A stretch of DNA of 63,799 bases, filler included, from Octopus bimaculoides (taxonomy: Eukaryota): assembly GCF_001194135.2 (NCBI RefSeq). It is 6 parts of 6 records of this genome, joined end to end, with 100 filler letters (N's around TTAATTAATTAA, not from the genome) between each part and the next. Parts side by side here need not be neighbours in the genome. Positions count along the whole stretch, not along the records: positions 1 to 17,910 come from NC_068981.1; 5 more parts are not named here. The stretch is one strand, 5' to 3'. Below are positions 1-14,249 of this stretch, one piece after another. Each line of letters starts with the position of its first letter. The stretch's first letter is position 1. The translations under genes and the position numbers were made by a program. Below the pieces are notes generated by a model that was given only the letters and a program-made list of their open reading frames with translations, had not been told where the DNA came from and did no database searches.

Positions 1-68
1 GCCCAAGGTGTACGGTAAACACTCGGCGTGAAATGGAAGAAAATTTGAAGAAAGAAGAAAACAACAAC

Positions 69-137
<69 letters not shown>

Positions 138-3100
138 GGCACTATTGTTATTACTACTGCTATCACCACCATCACTAACAACAGTGATACTAGTAGTGTT
201 GACCAAATGAACAAATGAACAAATGAACAATGACTAGATTGAAATGTAAAACTTTATGGAGTAACAATAGAATTCAGCGAAATTAGGAATGTAGTTTACA
301 ACAATCCAAAATATAGTCAAACAATTATTCATTTTGGTGCAATCAAAGTAAAGAATCCTTGACGTACCCACGAAACCATGATGTCTAAGCCACGTACTGA
401 TTGGCCGAAATAAAGTTAGAATTTATTTAGTGCGCTCACTTGTTGAATTGTCAAAATACAGCACATGATTTAGCATGCAGAAGCTCATCCGAAGATATTT
501 AAAGATTAAATACAGTTATGAATTGCGGAACGTGACTGTCATTACATACTTGATGATTGCGCAACACATGAAGGTACTATTATAAAACATTTCCATAAAC
601 TGAAAACTGATTGAAGACAACACATGTCTACATTTCCACGTGTTTGTACAAATTTAGAATGTGATACTTGACCTCATGTTAAAAATTCTACATAACAATT
701 AAAGTTGCTACTGCTACCATGAACTGTTAATTCAAATAAATAAAGATAGTGTATGCAATTTAACAGATGACAAATAATGGACAACATTGAAATTTTCAAC
801 AATATTCAAAATTTCCACGTCTCCTTGTAATTTCAAGGGTTCATAATACTGCAGTTTTATAGATTCTGTGCCAGCAGGATGTGATTATTTCAGAATGTTA
901 ACTTGATTTTGTTCGGGGAATGATATTTCATACATCTCCGTCGTACAATTTTGATACACTTCATTCTTTTGCTTAGTTTCACATATTACTTAACTTTGTA
1001 AGAGATTTAAAAAGTGCGTTGGAATCATTTAATTTCCATATGGATTTAGACCAGAAGATGCAAGATCTTTTTGTTTGTGTTTATTAAATATATAATGTCG
1101 TTTAAATGTTCTCTTGAAATTATTTCGCCGATGGGAGAAATTTCAAGCCTCACTCAACATCATCTGCACAAGAAAATTTAGACTACTTTCATTATAGAAT
1201 CACACAAACAGTAAATGCGTGCTCAGTCGTCATATTTAGAAATTTTAAAAATTAAAACATTTCAAAATTTGAATTTGCTCCTTCAAAAACAGTCAAAATC
1301 CAAATATACAGACACCTATCAAGATGCAACATGTCGATATTCTGTACTCGAAGACAAATTTACCAGTAGCGATGAAGAAGACCTTCCTGAAAATGTTAGC
1401 ACAGAAAACTTAAAGCTTCGAAAATGCATACTATAGAAATATACTTCATTGTGAAAAATATAGCAGAAAAAATCACAAAAAGTAGCGGAAAAGGAAATAG
1501 AAAAAGAAAACTATTTACCAACATTATATTCCACTCATTCGGAAAAGATTTCCTCAGCTTGATAAACAAATCTAAAATACCAAACATATATGAATAAATT
1601 GCAAAATGAACTAAACAGAAGAATAAGAGTAATAAAAATACTATAATCTCTTTGTGAAATCAGATTAACTAAGAAGACTTATGCAGTAGACGACCCTATT
1701 GACACAATGTCGTACCAAGTGCTTATATATAATTCTTTTGCAAGTACTTATATGTACTAAACATACACAGACATTGGATGAACTAAATATCATTAAAGAT
1801 CAGCTGCACACTTCCAGGAAGTGCTAGACATGTTTTTTTGAAATCATACACTCAATTCAATGCACCGCCCAAAAACAGATAAACTCAAAAATATGACTTG
1901 GGACCTCAATTGAATATTGTATAGATATTTTTCTTCATACAATTATACAGGTTTCGTGAAATACAACCAAAATCAGCATGAGACATTTTCAATTGGATAT
2001 ATGGAATTATCTATCGTATTCTCAAACAATAATATTTCTGAAACATTTTTCAAGTAAGAAAATCAATGTTATCTATTTTGAAACACACGTAGTGAAAACC
2101 CATCAGGAAGTTGACGTACACCTCATAGATATTCCCAGTTCAAATACACACAAAGTAAGTTGCCTACATTTAACGTTATTAACACCTACGGGAATATAGG
2201 TCGACAAAAGAGCAATGGCTGATTTGTTATGGTGGACGCGGCAAACGTCAATGTATTGCAGCACAATTTTCCAGACAAGTGTATGGTATAGGTAACTAAG
2301 GCCAAAGATTTACTAAGACTTCTTGGAGTTTCATATAAACTTGCTGCATCGAAATGGTCTTTCTCCATCTTTCTCCTGTTTCTTGTATATGACATGCTTG
2401 AGTCATACACGAACACATGCAGCGAAAACAACTTGTAATATATACACGAAAACAATTTGTAATGTCGATTTACACATAATTGTATGCAGCGATTGAAATT
2501 CCTTACTCTACTTTCTTAATATTACCCATGAACATCTATATNNNNNNNNNNNNNNNNNNNNNNNNNNNNNNNNNNNNNNNNNNNNNNNNNNNNNNNNNNN
2601 NNNNNNNNNNNNNNNNNNNNNNNNNNNNNNNNNNNNNNNNNNNNNNNNNNNNNNNNNNNNNNNNNNNNNNNNNNNNNNNNNNNNNNNNNNNNNNNNNNNN
2701 NNNNNNNNNNNNNNNNNNNNNNNNNNNNNNNNNNNNNNNNNNNNNNNNNNNNNNNNNNNNNNNNNNNNNNNNNNNNNNNNNNNNNNNNNNNNNNNNNNNN
2801 NNNNNNNNNNNNNNNNNNNNNNNNNNNNNNNNNNNNNNNNNNNNNNNNNNNNNNNNNNNNNNNNNNNNNNNNNNNNNNNNNNNNNNNNNNNNNNNNNNNN
2901 NNNNNNNNNNNNNNNNNNNNNNNNNNNNNNNNNNNNNNNNNNNNNNNNNNNNNNNNNNNNNNNNNNNNNNNNNNNNNNNNNNNNNNNNNNNNNNNNNNNN
3001 NNNNNNNNNNNNNNNNNNNNNNNNNNNNNNNNNNNNNNNNNNNNNNNNNNNNNNNNNNNNNNNNNNNNNNNNNNNNNNNNNNNNNNNNNNNNNNNNNNNN

Positions 3101-3484
3101 NNNNNNNNNNNNNNNNNNNNNNNNNNNNNNNNNNNNNNNNNNNNNNNNNNNNNNNNNNNNNNNNNNNNNNNNNNNNNNNNNNNNNNNNNNNNNNNNNNNN
3201 NNNNNNNNNNNNNNNNNNNNNNNNNNNNNNNNNNNNNNNNNNNNNNNNNNNNNNNNNNNNNNNNNNNNNNNNNNNNNNNNNNNNNNNNNNNNNNNNNNNN
3301 NNNNNNNNNNNNNNNNNNNNNNNNNNNNNNNNNNNNNNNNNNNNNNNNNNNNNNNNNNNNNNNNNNNNNNNNNNNNNNNNNNNNNNNNNNNNNNNNNNNN
3401 NNNNNNNNNNNNNNNNNNNNNNNNNNNNNNNNNNNNNNNNNNNNNNNNNNNNNNNNNNNNNNTATATATATATATATATATCTT

Positions 3485-4080
3485 AAGGAGGGATGGAGTA
3501 TGATAGTAATGTTCACTAAACAGTAGAGCCAGTCGGCACGTCAAAGTATCCGTTGAGTGTTACTACTAGTTTAACCTCAGGGTGATTCTCCGCCAGCTGG
3601 TTATCGGTGCAAAACTCTGTACCCTTTATATACAATATATTATTATCAAGGGGCGGACTCCAACTACACTCTAGCAGCTAACAGGATCGCGCGATTGACG
3701 CAGTTTAGAGCTATTTAGATCATCTGCAGTAACGAATGACTGCACACCAGCGTGATATCCAGAATCTGCTATCGCCAACAATATATTTTAAATAATGTGA
3801 CCATCGGTCACTGATTTGCAACAAGCAAAATAGCTAGTTATAAAATCTCAAGAGGAGATAGAGTAGTAACAAATACTAAACAGTAAAGCCTGTCACCACA
3901 TCAAATCGGCTGTTAAATGTCACTACTAGTTTAACCCCAGGCAGATTTTAATACTAGCTACTAACAATATATTGTATATAAAGAGTGTTGCACTGATAAG
4001 CAGCTAGTGTAGGATCTGAGTGGTATTAAACTAGTAGTAACATCCACAGCCACTTCGATGTGCGACTGACTTTATTACCT
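3485..4080. mobile_element. MITE-like structure: about 55-bp inverted arms (3881-3935, 4022-4076) plus another left-arm copy at 3521-3580
   Basis: Core tactactagtttaacc occurs twice on + and once as its reverse complement, with flanking similarity. Confidence 0.55.
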
Positions 4081-4622
4081 ATAAATATATATATATATAT
4101 ACACAATATTCTTTTTCTTTATTCCATTAAATTATTGATTTGCACGCGAAAATATATCGATGCGGTTAACAAAATATTTGGAAACGGAATTAAACTTTAG
4201 TGTAGTTATTTTCTATATTTGCTACCTACCTTACATTCTGAACAGCCAGCAAAAAAAATGTGTAAGTAACCACGACTCTTAACAGCAACTACATAACAAG
4301 TTGTTTTCTAAAGTTTTTTGTTTTTCAATTTTAACATGGCAGTTATAGATTCTGACAAAATTAATGACTTGCTTGTCATAACACATCTTAAATTTATTCA
4401 AATAATATTTACCATATATTTTCAGAGATCACTTTCGAGATGACGGTCTCCTACAAAGTAATTTCTATTGTGAAGAGAAAAAAACCTGAAACAAGTCTTG
4501 AAATTAATTCTATAAATAAATATATCTTAGGCACAAGGCCTAATGTAGAATTAATTCGTGTAGTATGTCGTTCATTCTATAGACAAATCTAAACACAATA
4601 TTAGAAACTAATATCAAGAACC

Positions 4623-4654
<32 letters not shown>

Positions 4655-7600
4655 NNNNNNNNNNTTTTTACTTCCTGGGAGGCATTCTTCGCTTTCGCTG
4701 TGAACTACTCTTTAACCAACTATTTTCCAAACGTGTTTAATCTGGGTTTTTTTTCTTTTATATAGAGTCAAATGATTGGTCTATAAAATCTGATTTAATC
4801 TAAAATAAATTCATATAAATGAAATTCTTACACTCCCCTTAAATGCTACGATACAGTCCTCTCTCAATACAAAACCGAGTAGAAAAATTCTTTTACTTAC
4901 TTGCTGCACAAAATGATCGGCTAAACGTGAAGTCCACATCAACGCTATCTTCAGTATATTTGTATATATATCTATATATGCGTGTGTATCAATTACTTGA
5001 TTCTATTCAAAAAATAATAATGAGATATAGACAGTGAAAACGAAAAGTAACGAGAAGTACACAAGTTACTTTCAATATTTTATTTATTCTTTCACATCAT
5101 GTCTCTGGACATAATTGAATCAAATATTTGCGAGATTACTATTTCAAGTAATTGAATCATAATTTCTTATTTGCGATAGATAAACGTCCTTGAGGCAAGA
5201 TGTATTAAACGATATGCCAAAACATTATGAATTTAGACAAGCCGTTTCTCACTTACCTAACGATTGGAAAAAATATAAAGGAATATTTACTCTCATAAAA
5301 ACAAAATATACCTAATTCTCACTGAAACAAACAAAAAACATTTCCTAGTTTTAACAAAGTTTCGCCAATATTTTTATAATAATGGATTAGTTTTCCAACT
5401 TTAAAATATTGTAATACTATAACAGAACGCAAAACGTATCTGCTTATCTTAATCCAATAAATGAAGAGGAATTTTATCTCGTATCTGCAGTGTCGAATAT
5501 CCGATTATAGTTATTATTCCAGACCTTTGTCCACATAATGCTTGTTGTATTTATATCAAAGAATATTTCATTGTACGCGTTAATGTGTTGCTACCGATAT
5601 TGACGGGAGATTTGGCTGAAAGAATCGTATGTGTCTATGTGTATATTACTATTACAAATGCCAAAACAGTACGCTGGACTGACAGAATCATTTAATGTAA
5701 CAGACAAAGCACCTTCCAATATTTACTTGAGTTACATATCATTCTGTGTTCAAATTCTGCGGACCTCCACAATGCTTTCAAAGATCTACAATACAAAATA
5801 AAACAGTGCTTGTGTCCTAACATGATTTAGTTGCTAAAACTCACTTTCGAATGCTGCAGGCTTATTAGAAACAATTATTAATACTAACAGAAACATTACA
5901 TTCTAGGTTATTTTCTGCTAGATTTTGTAAAACATACATCACTTATATTTATCTGTGTGTACGTGTTTGTTTGTGGGGGTGGGTGTTGTGTGTGTGTGCG
6001 TGCCTGTGTCTATGGTTGTGTATGTGCGTGCACTTATATATTACTCTGTTTTCTGTACATATCAACATTGCCCAATGTCGACCAAAAAATTCGAAAATTA
6101 CTGAAAATTATAAAATGGTGTAATAGAATGGACAATTAAGTTTAAGAGTGAATAGTCTTTTACTCATTTACAAGAACATTTCAAATAACACGTTAGCTAA
6201 ATAACTTTAAATACATTTTCTAAAATTAGGGATTCACGAGATGTCAAGGCAGTAGTTATTTTAATTTACCTAACATGTGGATCTGTTGACACAAGTCTGT
6301 TCGGTGTTAGTTTTAAATAAACTGCTAAAAATGTGGTTATAATGACACAGCTCTCTAAGTGAGTGTTGTACTGTAACACTTCTGCATGAATATGTTATGA
6401 CACAAGTTAGTATTGCTCAAAATGGTACGGATTAGAGAGATGGATGAAATTAGAACGGCTACCTTGTTGAAAGGATATCACATTGGTGGTTGTTACGTCA
6501 CGCTTAAGTATTTATTGCAATAAAATAACCGGCAAGTGTAATAATGTCATAGAGATTTGTTGAATATAAGGATAAAGCTGAGTGCTGGTTGTAACTTAGA
6601 AATGAGGATTTGGTCCTGTACTTTCCATACATAAGCACAGCTCATTAAATTGGGATCTAGTTTGCGTTCACAGTGAGTAACAACAATTTCTAGAACAATT
6701 TGCTTCAGCCACAATTGGGAGAGACTTGCGCAAATATCTTAAATATCTAATCGAAGATGAAGACCAGTATGTATAGTACCCCACGTTAGCTGAGATGAAA
6801 CAAAATAGCATTCTCTTGTGCTACGCTAAAGTGATTGAGAAGAACAGAAAAACATAAATTGAAGGTAGAAAACAACTCGTCGACTCACAGCTAGAGCTAG
6901 TCGACAAATCTAAAGCTGATAATTCTAAAGGTCAGTAGGTGGATGTCCCTTTCAAGTAGATCTGAAACCTATCACCCTTCCCAGAAAATGAGTAATATAT
7001 GATGTACATGATGCAAAGAATAGTAGGCACAGTGCTAGAGATTACGATTACATCTGTAACATTCTAGTGACCTATAGCTCTCCGAGACAATTTTAAATGG
7101 GATGAAAAGATAAACGTTCGAAAATAGGAATATGTAGGATATGGCTTCTTGTTAGCAGTAGGTAAAATACTCAAATATTCGAGGCTTTTCATGGCCATAG
7201 TTATTTTTAAATGGTTTATGTGTGTTTTAGTAGTACAAGTCTTACAAATTTCTCAGTGTTAAACTTTATGTTTGTATGAAAAGAAAGTGTCAATTTATCC
7301 ATCCGGCTTTGATGAAATAAAATCCCAGCAAAGAACTGTAGTTGATTTATTGGACTCCATCATATAGCAGGATATTTCTCGAAGTGGAAGTTAATTTTAA
7401 TAATTATAATAAATAATTATTTCTCTACGGATATGAAACTAAATAATGATAGATGAAATTCATTCGCTATTATTAGACCACTTTTATAAATTGTATTTGT
7501 CTCATGGAAAGACAAAGTATATAATTTGCATAGACCATTGACAAAATTGTATTTTATTTTGCTAAGTACTATTTAAGAAGTTTGCTATATGAATGTTGTA

Positions 7601-8987
7601 TAGTTGAACTGAAATAAAATGAAGTTTGCTAATTTCTCGATCTATATTCCTCGGTAACATATTAATATCAACTCTAAATAAATATCAAGCAGGTGCTGAT
7701 AATACCTTTGCTCCAAACATTTATGTTAGACGTGTCTTATATCGGAGACAGTTTGTATTAAAATATAATAATCTTAACATGAGGTGGAACGTAATAGAGT
7801 GATTAAATCTAAATGAAGGAACTCGTGATGGTGATTAACTGTTGGTGTATTACGCTATGTATAAGGAATTAGTCTCGGAGTATTCTGTATCAAGCTGTGT
7901 AATATATTTTATAGCCTAATACCTCGGGTGAAATTTTGTTTTGCATTAATATGTATGCAACTTTACTTAGAGTCTTCACACAGTTCACTGTTAGTAGAAA
8001 GAGTTCTGAATACATCAATGTTTTATGTTATAGTTTGTGATATTACATATTCAATCCTATATTATGACAAATTTGAAGTGAACACCGGTCATATGTGTTT
8101 AATTATACAAAGTTCATGTTGTGAAGAGAAATAAATATTGGTTCAGTACATTCCAAGTTGCTTATATTAACATAGATTACGGAAATATATAAAATTAATA
8201 TTTGTTTTTGAGTGTATATTATCCACGCTTTATTACATGTAATACAAGGTTATTTTGTAATTTCATGACTCCCGTTTATCTAATACCCTGCATGTTTCTC
8301 CAATATTGGTTTTATGCTCTTAGAATAAATTGTATCTATATAAGAATTTTTTTGCCTTCGCTTTATCCATTTACCAAATTCCCTCACGAGAACATGAACC
8401 AGATTTGCAAGGCAAGATTGTTAACCTCGCACCTAAATCTATATATTTTGTGTGTATATGTATATAGGAATTTAATAGAAGAAAGATGAAATTAAACTAG
8501 TTCTAACAAACAACATTACAGCGAAACATAATTCACAAAGAGAGGTACCTTCGGAAATATTCATATAAAGAATGAGTAATTTCAATTGGCAAGCTATATC
8601 AACACACATAAGTAAGTTGTATATATTTGCAATAGGAAATGATGCATCTTCATTAATATTGATATTAACGAATCGTTTCTATCGCATTTTATGTATCTTA
8701 TGTGTTATATAGAAAAATCACTTATATTATTGAAGATCTGAATTTATATTTTAGTAGTGAGAAATATATCAAAAAGTGTGTGAATTTCCACTAACTACAC
8801 GTAGGAAATATATACAATCGCTCAGCAAAAGTGCAGGTGAAGGATACATCAGTTTGTCACTAAGCGTACCAATTATTTGCCATAGAAAAATGTACTTGGC
8901 AATATTGGCGGCGGAATGTAAGCAGATTCCCGTTAACATAAATAAAGGCAAAAGTCACACCTATATACAAACGAAAACGTACATTAG

Positions 8988-9048
<61 letters not shown>

Positions 9049-9066
9049 GTATGTATGTATGTATGC

Positions 9067-9098
<32 letters not shown>

Positions 9099-9244
9099 GT
9101 GTATATATGTGTGTGTGTGTGTATGTATGTGTGTACACACACATACTCACACAGACACACGCATTCACACACAAACATTTGTATACATATATATAGTAAC
9201 AAAAAGGGAGGAATTTTGATCATCACCACGTGGTGAGATGTAGT

Positions 9245-10270
9245 ATTTGTGATCGTTATTATTGTAGTCAGGGGAGATATTAGTTCATCTTTCGGTGGGG
9301 AGGAAAAATATATATGCACAAAAATTCAAAACCTAGAGCAGTGGACTAAAATATGTAGAGTGATAGGTACGCAATCGTGAATTAAAATATGTATAGAGAT
9401 CAAAGTTGGTTACGAGTGCATATTTAGACATGTTCTGTATTTTTCGATAAATAAACGTTCTTGTATAGAGATTCTTCTATAGGGATTCTACCTGCACATT
9501 TCTCTATATGTTCACTTAAAGGAATCAGTGTGTATTCCGGAAACAGCATCTGCTATTTATGTATAGTGGTTCTCTGTCTCAATGTCGTACTCATCTGCCC
9601 TACATAGTTATGTCCATACCCGAGAAGGTTATTACATGTATTGTATTCTCAGAGACACAAACGAAGTTGGTTTTAATTGCGAACGTCTCTTCTTGTTTGC
9701 AAAAGAAATCCGAGCCTTCAAATACGTTGGAGCAAGTTCCACATTTTGGGCGCCCACATTTTTTAACCGTTGGTTTTGTGATGTTGTGTAAGGCATCGTA
9801 TTTGTTAGAAGTCTCTTTAACGATTTTTGTTGCTTTTTGCATTTAACGAATTTATGTGTTCAGGATGTAGTTCATTTTTGGGTCTTTAGTTAGTAAAAGA
9901 ACATCTTGCACAATAGTTTTGTATGTCTCATACAGACAGATTCATTTAAGTGAACATATACAGAGATGTTCAGGTAACATCAAACCAAGTTTCACAGTTT
10001 TCCCCCATATACCATTGTAAAGATACAATCTCTATACCAAAACATTTAAATAAAGAAAATTTATTCATCGAAAACTACAGTACACGTCTAAATATGTAAA
10101 CATAAGCAACTTTTGATTTCTATACATATTTTAATTCTCAATTACATGGCCATCACTGCACATATTTTCCTCCACTGCACTTGTTTTTGAGTTTTCGCGT
10201 ATATATTTTTTCCTCCCCACCGAAAGATGGACAATTATCTCCCTTGTACTCAATAATAACGATCACCAAT
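9245..10270 (-). mobile_element. Decayed Penelope-like element (RT-EN linker + GIY-YIG endonuclease) with an inverted copy of its 3' end
   Basis: Minus strand, across frameshifts: KDPKMNYIL..KCKKQQKSLKRLL, KKCGRPKCGTC, IHVI..GHNYVGQ..TLRQRTTIHK..IPLSEHIEKC. Plus strand 9931-10270 repeats the EN C-terminus and 3' UTR in inverted orientation. Confidence 0.8.
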
Positions 10271-10842
10271 TAACTCTCCTTAGATGTTCTACTTGTTGAA
10301 TCATTTATTTAAAAATTCCACCCACAACATGAAAACAAATTCTTAAGAAAATGCGTAATTAAAATAATTTCAATGTCATGGTTTGCAAAAGCGAAACCGG
10401 TCGACAAACACAATATCAGATATATTTTTAAATATATTAAAACTATGTAGTGTGTATATTTCCTTCTTAAATTTCCTATATATATATAAAGATAAATCAA
10501 ATATAGAGATCCACTATTGACATTCAAATAAGTTATCCATATTACAATATTACATTAGATACTATGAATGTAACATAACATAATATTATATAACATATAT
10601 AATAATAAAAAAACAATAAAAGGTCAACAAATAGTTTCGACATACATATATTTTTCTTGATATACATAATCACAGTTCCATTATACATAAACTCACTTCA
10701 GGGTCTTTGCTTTAGAATAAAATGGAATTCAGTGTGAAAGGACGGCTGGATTGTAAGAATTAATTCAAATGCTTATGTTTTGTGAGGGTGAGCGTTAATT
10801 ATTCAATCATACATCAATTACAAATTTAAAATTCCTTACTTC

Positions 10843-11358
10843 TTTGCCGCCTACATCGAGGTCCTGAAAATAATTCTTAAGTCCTGAATAGACAGTGTAT
10901 GCAATGGAGGACCATATGTGTTTCAGTAAGACTCTGAACTATCATACAAGGCTCTAGTAACACATGAATGGATGGCTGAAAATGTTTATGATCACATAAC
11001 TCCTAACATTGCTCCCTAATTCCTCAGATTTCAGTCCATTAGATTATTACATATGGAGCGTTGTTGAGAGAGAGGTCAATGAACACGCCAATAACACCAA
11101 AGTTTCTTTGACAGGTGCCATAGTCAGAGTAATGTTCAAAATGAATCAGCACCACTTGATATCGAGCATGTGAATGATTTAGATCTCATTTAGAAACAGT
11201 TGTTGAAGCTGAAGGTGGCTTTATTGAATAATATTATAGAAAAGAAGGTTTATTTTTACCCTCAGAGCATTTTTTGATAGATAAATTTATTCTCTGTTAT
11301 TATACATCTTTTTTTTTTATAAACATAAATCTGTCCTCAAATATATTACGCAGCCTAT
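10843..11358 (+). mobile_element. Tc1/mariner (DD37D, maT-like) transposase 3' remnant
   Basis: AAYIEVL..IDSVCNGGPYVFQ*DS..KALVTHEWMAEN..PNSSDFSPLDYYIWSVVERE..EAEGGFIE*. About 37 residues separate the QD and PLD aspartates once one frameshift is allowed. Confidence 0.85.
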
Positions 11359-11652
11359 ATACTAGGGTAATATATAAACACCTGATTCGCTAAAAATTGA
11401 TTTGGTAGACAGAGGTCCATCGTATCAGTTCCCCCTCTCTCTATATCTCTCTCCGTTCGCTAATTTTAGTGAAAGAGGTGCTTATGAAGTACCCTTGTAT
11501 TTATATATATCTTATATATATAAGTCAATCGCCATATCAATGCGGGTATTCCATTTCCATGTTACTACTTTATTAGCCCCAGGACAAAATGCGTGTTAAA
11601 AAATATTGTCTGCGTGCTCTCAGCACATGAGACTAATAATAGCACATAAAAC

Positions 11653-11815
11653 ATGTGTAGCTGTGTAGTAAGGAGCTTGCTTACCAACCACATGGTTCCG
11701 CACTCAGTCTTACTGCGTGCCACCTTCGGCAACTGTCTATTACTATCGCTACGGGCCGACCAAAGCTTTGTGAGTGGACTTGGTAGACGGAAGTCGAAAG
11801 AGGCCCGTTCTAAAC
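11653..11815 (+). mobile_element. tRNA-type SINE, family A
   Basis: gcttgcttaccaaccacatggttccg..ggccgaccaaagctttgtgagtggacttggtagacggaa, followed by a microsatellite. Confidence 0.8.
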
Positions 11816-11818
11816 ATG

Positions 11819-11902
<84 letters not shown>

Positions 11903-12027
11903 ACATATAGTTAACTTTACACTCAATGTGAATGTTACATATAAAATTAGGACTCAAATTTCAGCGACGTTAATGTCCCGCACGAATATAAAACAGTTCA
12001 GTCGTCGAAACATGAATATTTACTAGT

Positions 12028-12255
12028 GTTAATTATTCAATCATACATCAATTACAAATTTAAAATTCCTTACTTCTTTGCCGCCTACATCGAGGTCCTG
12101 AAAATAATTCTTAAGTCCTGAATAGACAGTGTATGCAATGGAGGACCATATGTGTTTCAGTAAGACTCTGAACTATCATACAAGGCTCTAGTAACACATG
12201 AATGGATGGCTGAAAATTTTTATGATCACATAACTCCTAACATTGCTCCCTAATT
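12028..12255 (+). repeat. 228-bp direct duplicate of 10794-11021 (one mismatch)
   Basis: Direct sequence comparison. Confidence 0.9.
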
Positions 12256-12535
12256 ATGTAGTGACAGAGTCAAATGCAGTTTTTTTTTTCTTTAATATTG
12301 ATGTTTAAGATAAGTCGTTACGCGTGTATCAATAATGAAATTAATAATTAAATCGATTACCGATCAGCTCATCAGATGACAATATCAATATTTTTAAATT
12401 GTCATCCGTTGATCTGAATGATAATCGATTTAATTTTTAATTATGGATTACTAAATTCGTATTTAATATCTGAAATATCAAAAATTTGCTTTCTGCTTTC
12501 GTTGTTTTAAATTATACTCTCTCTCNNNNNNNNNN

Positions 12536-12585
<50 letters not shown>

Positions 12586-14071
12586 TTCTATCTATCTATC
12601 TCTATCTATCTATCTCTCTATATATCTCTCTCTCCTTCTCTCTCTCTAACACACACTTACATCTCCTCCAGCTGCCTAACGACACACATTCTGTGTCCGA
12701 TTAGTATTTGCGAGGGGAGGTCATCGCTTCCATCTCTAGCCTTACGTGATACACATGGATTTGAGTTTCTTAGTGATTACCCGTCCTCAACGTGTGTTAA
12801 TCCCCAGCTAGTGATGGAATCTCATTCAACTCGCAAATCACTATATATTTTTCTAGCGACTCACTAGAGAGAATGTTATATTAAATCTTTGAGCGAGATA
12901 TAAACAGTAGCAGTACTGGAGGAGATGTCTTCCTGGAGCTACAAACATCAGCAGCATTGTCCATTGTAGTTGTATTTCGGGACGGTCATTTATTTTTGCC
13001 AAATAAACACAGGAACTATATATTAGCTCTTCAGTCGTTTATTACTGTTCTTATTCTAACTCATGTTCATTGTCCGGAAATCTTTCGTCACACATCTTTG
13101 ACCTCCTCAGCGACACTATCCGTCTTCGTGTGTCATCTTGCTCTGCTTGTTCCGTTCTGTTCTGCTATGATGTGTATCCTTATATGCGCAAGCGTCTGTG
13201 TTTATTTGTGTATGTGAAGATTGTGTGTGCGCGCGCATGTGTGTCATTTTTCTCAATAGCACTGTGACGAACCCCGTAGCCCCATCCCCTATCCTGTTGC
13301 AACTGTGGCTGCGCTTGAACCTGACTTTATGTACCGTTCTTGTAACTCACTGTGTTAGTGTGTTCACCCACACTGCAGTCAGCGTGGTAGATGCTGTTGC
13401 TGTAGTTTTTGTTGTTGTTGCCGTTATTTTTAGTTGTGTTGCTGATATTTTCCAGTCGTCTATAAAGTTACCGTATGTGTGTTTGTGTGTGTCTATGGGT
13501 TCGCTTCCTATTTCGTTTGTGATCGTATCCTTTATACATTTCTTTTATGTCTCTAATGTTTTAATATTTATCATAGGTATGTGAATATGTATGTCAACTG
13601 TATGTGTATTATGCTGTTTGTATCCTTTATTTTTAACCTTTTCGTCCTTCAGTATTTAGACGTTAGTCGTTATGTTGTGTGTTGTGGTAGTGGGTGTTAT
13701 TATTCCATTCATGTTTTCTACTGAGCCTCGTTCTGTCTATTGCTATGTGTGTAGAAGATCCCTCCCCCAGTGAAAAAGGTTACGAGAGAGTGCAATATTA
13801 GAGTGATAGCGGAACTGGAACAGAGACTACAAGGAAATTAGCACTCTGAGGCGGCGAGTAGTGTTCCTCAGTGCTGGGTGAGTAGCGCACTCTTTATATT
13901 TTCATTTTCAACTATCACGCATGTTATCATAATTTTAATTTGTTTTTCATGTTCATTTTCAAGTGTCATTCATATTATATGTTATTTTTATATATTTCTT
14001 ATTGTTACATGTCTCTACATCTGTTGCAGTATCCCCTCTATGCAATGAAATTATGAAAAATATTGAATTAA

Positions 14072-14150
14072 AGTACTTTGCTTACCAACCGCGTGGTTCT
14101 GGGTTCAGTCCCATTGCGTAACACCTTGGGCAAGTGTCTTGTACTATAGT
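14072..14150 (+). mobile_element. SINE family A, 5' part
   Basis: cttaccaaccgcgtggttctGGGTTCAGTCCC (B-box-like)..accttgggcaagtgtctt. Confidence 0.7.
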
Positions 14151-14216
14151 CACGTGTCGTTTGTTTATGCATTTCATGTTCTTTGCACCGTTGGTGACGT
14201 CCTGTACTCATCTGTG

Positions 14217-14249
<33 letters not shown>

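Noticed and set aside
2480-3544. Long ORFs filled with X (also 14068-14633, 18998-20108, 40326-41405, 55404-56549, 58701-59215)
   Set aside because: They are open only because they run through N gaps.
11653-11720. tRNA genes at SINE heads
   Set aside because: Only box-like motifs are present, with no cloverleaf, and each continues into a SINE body.
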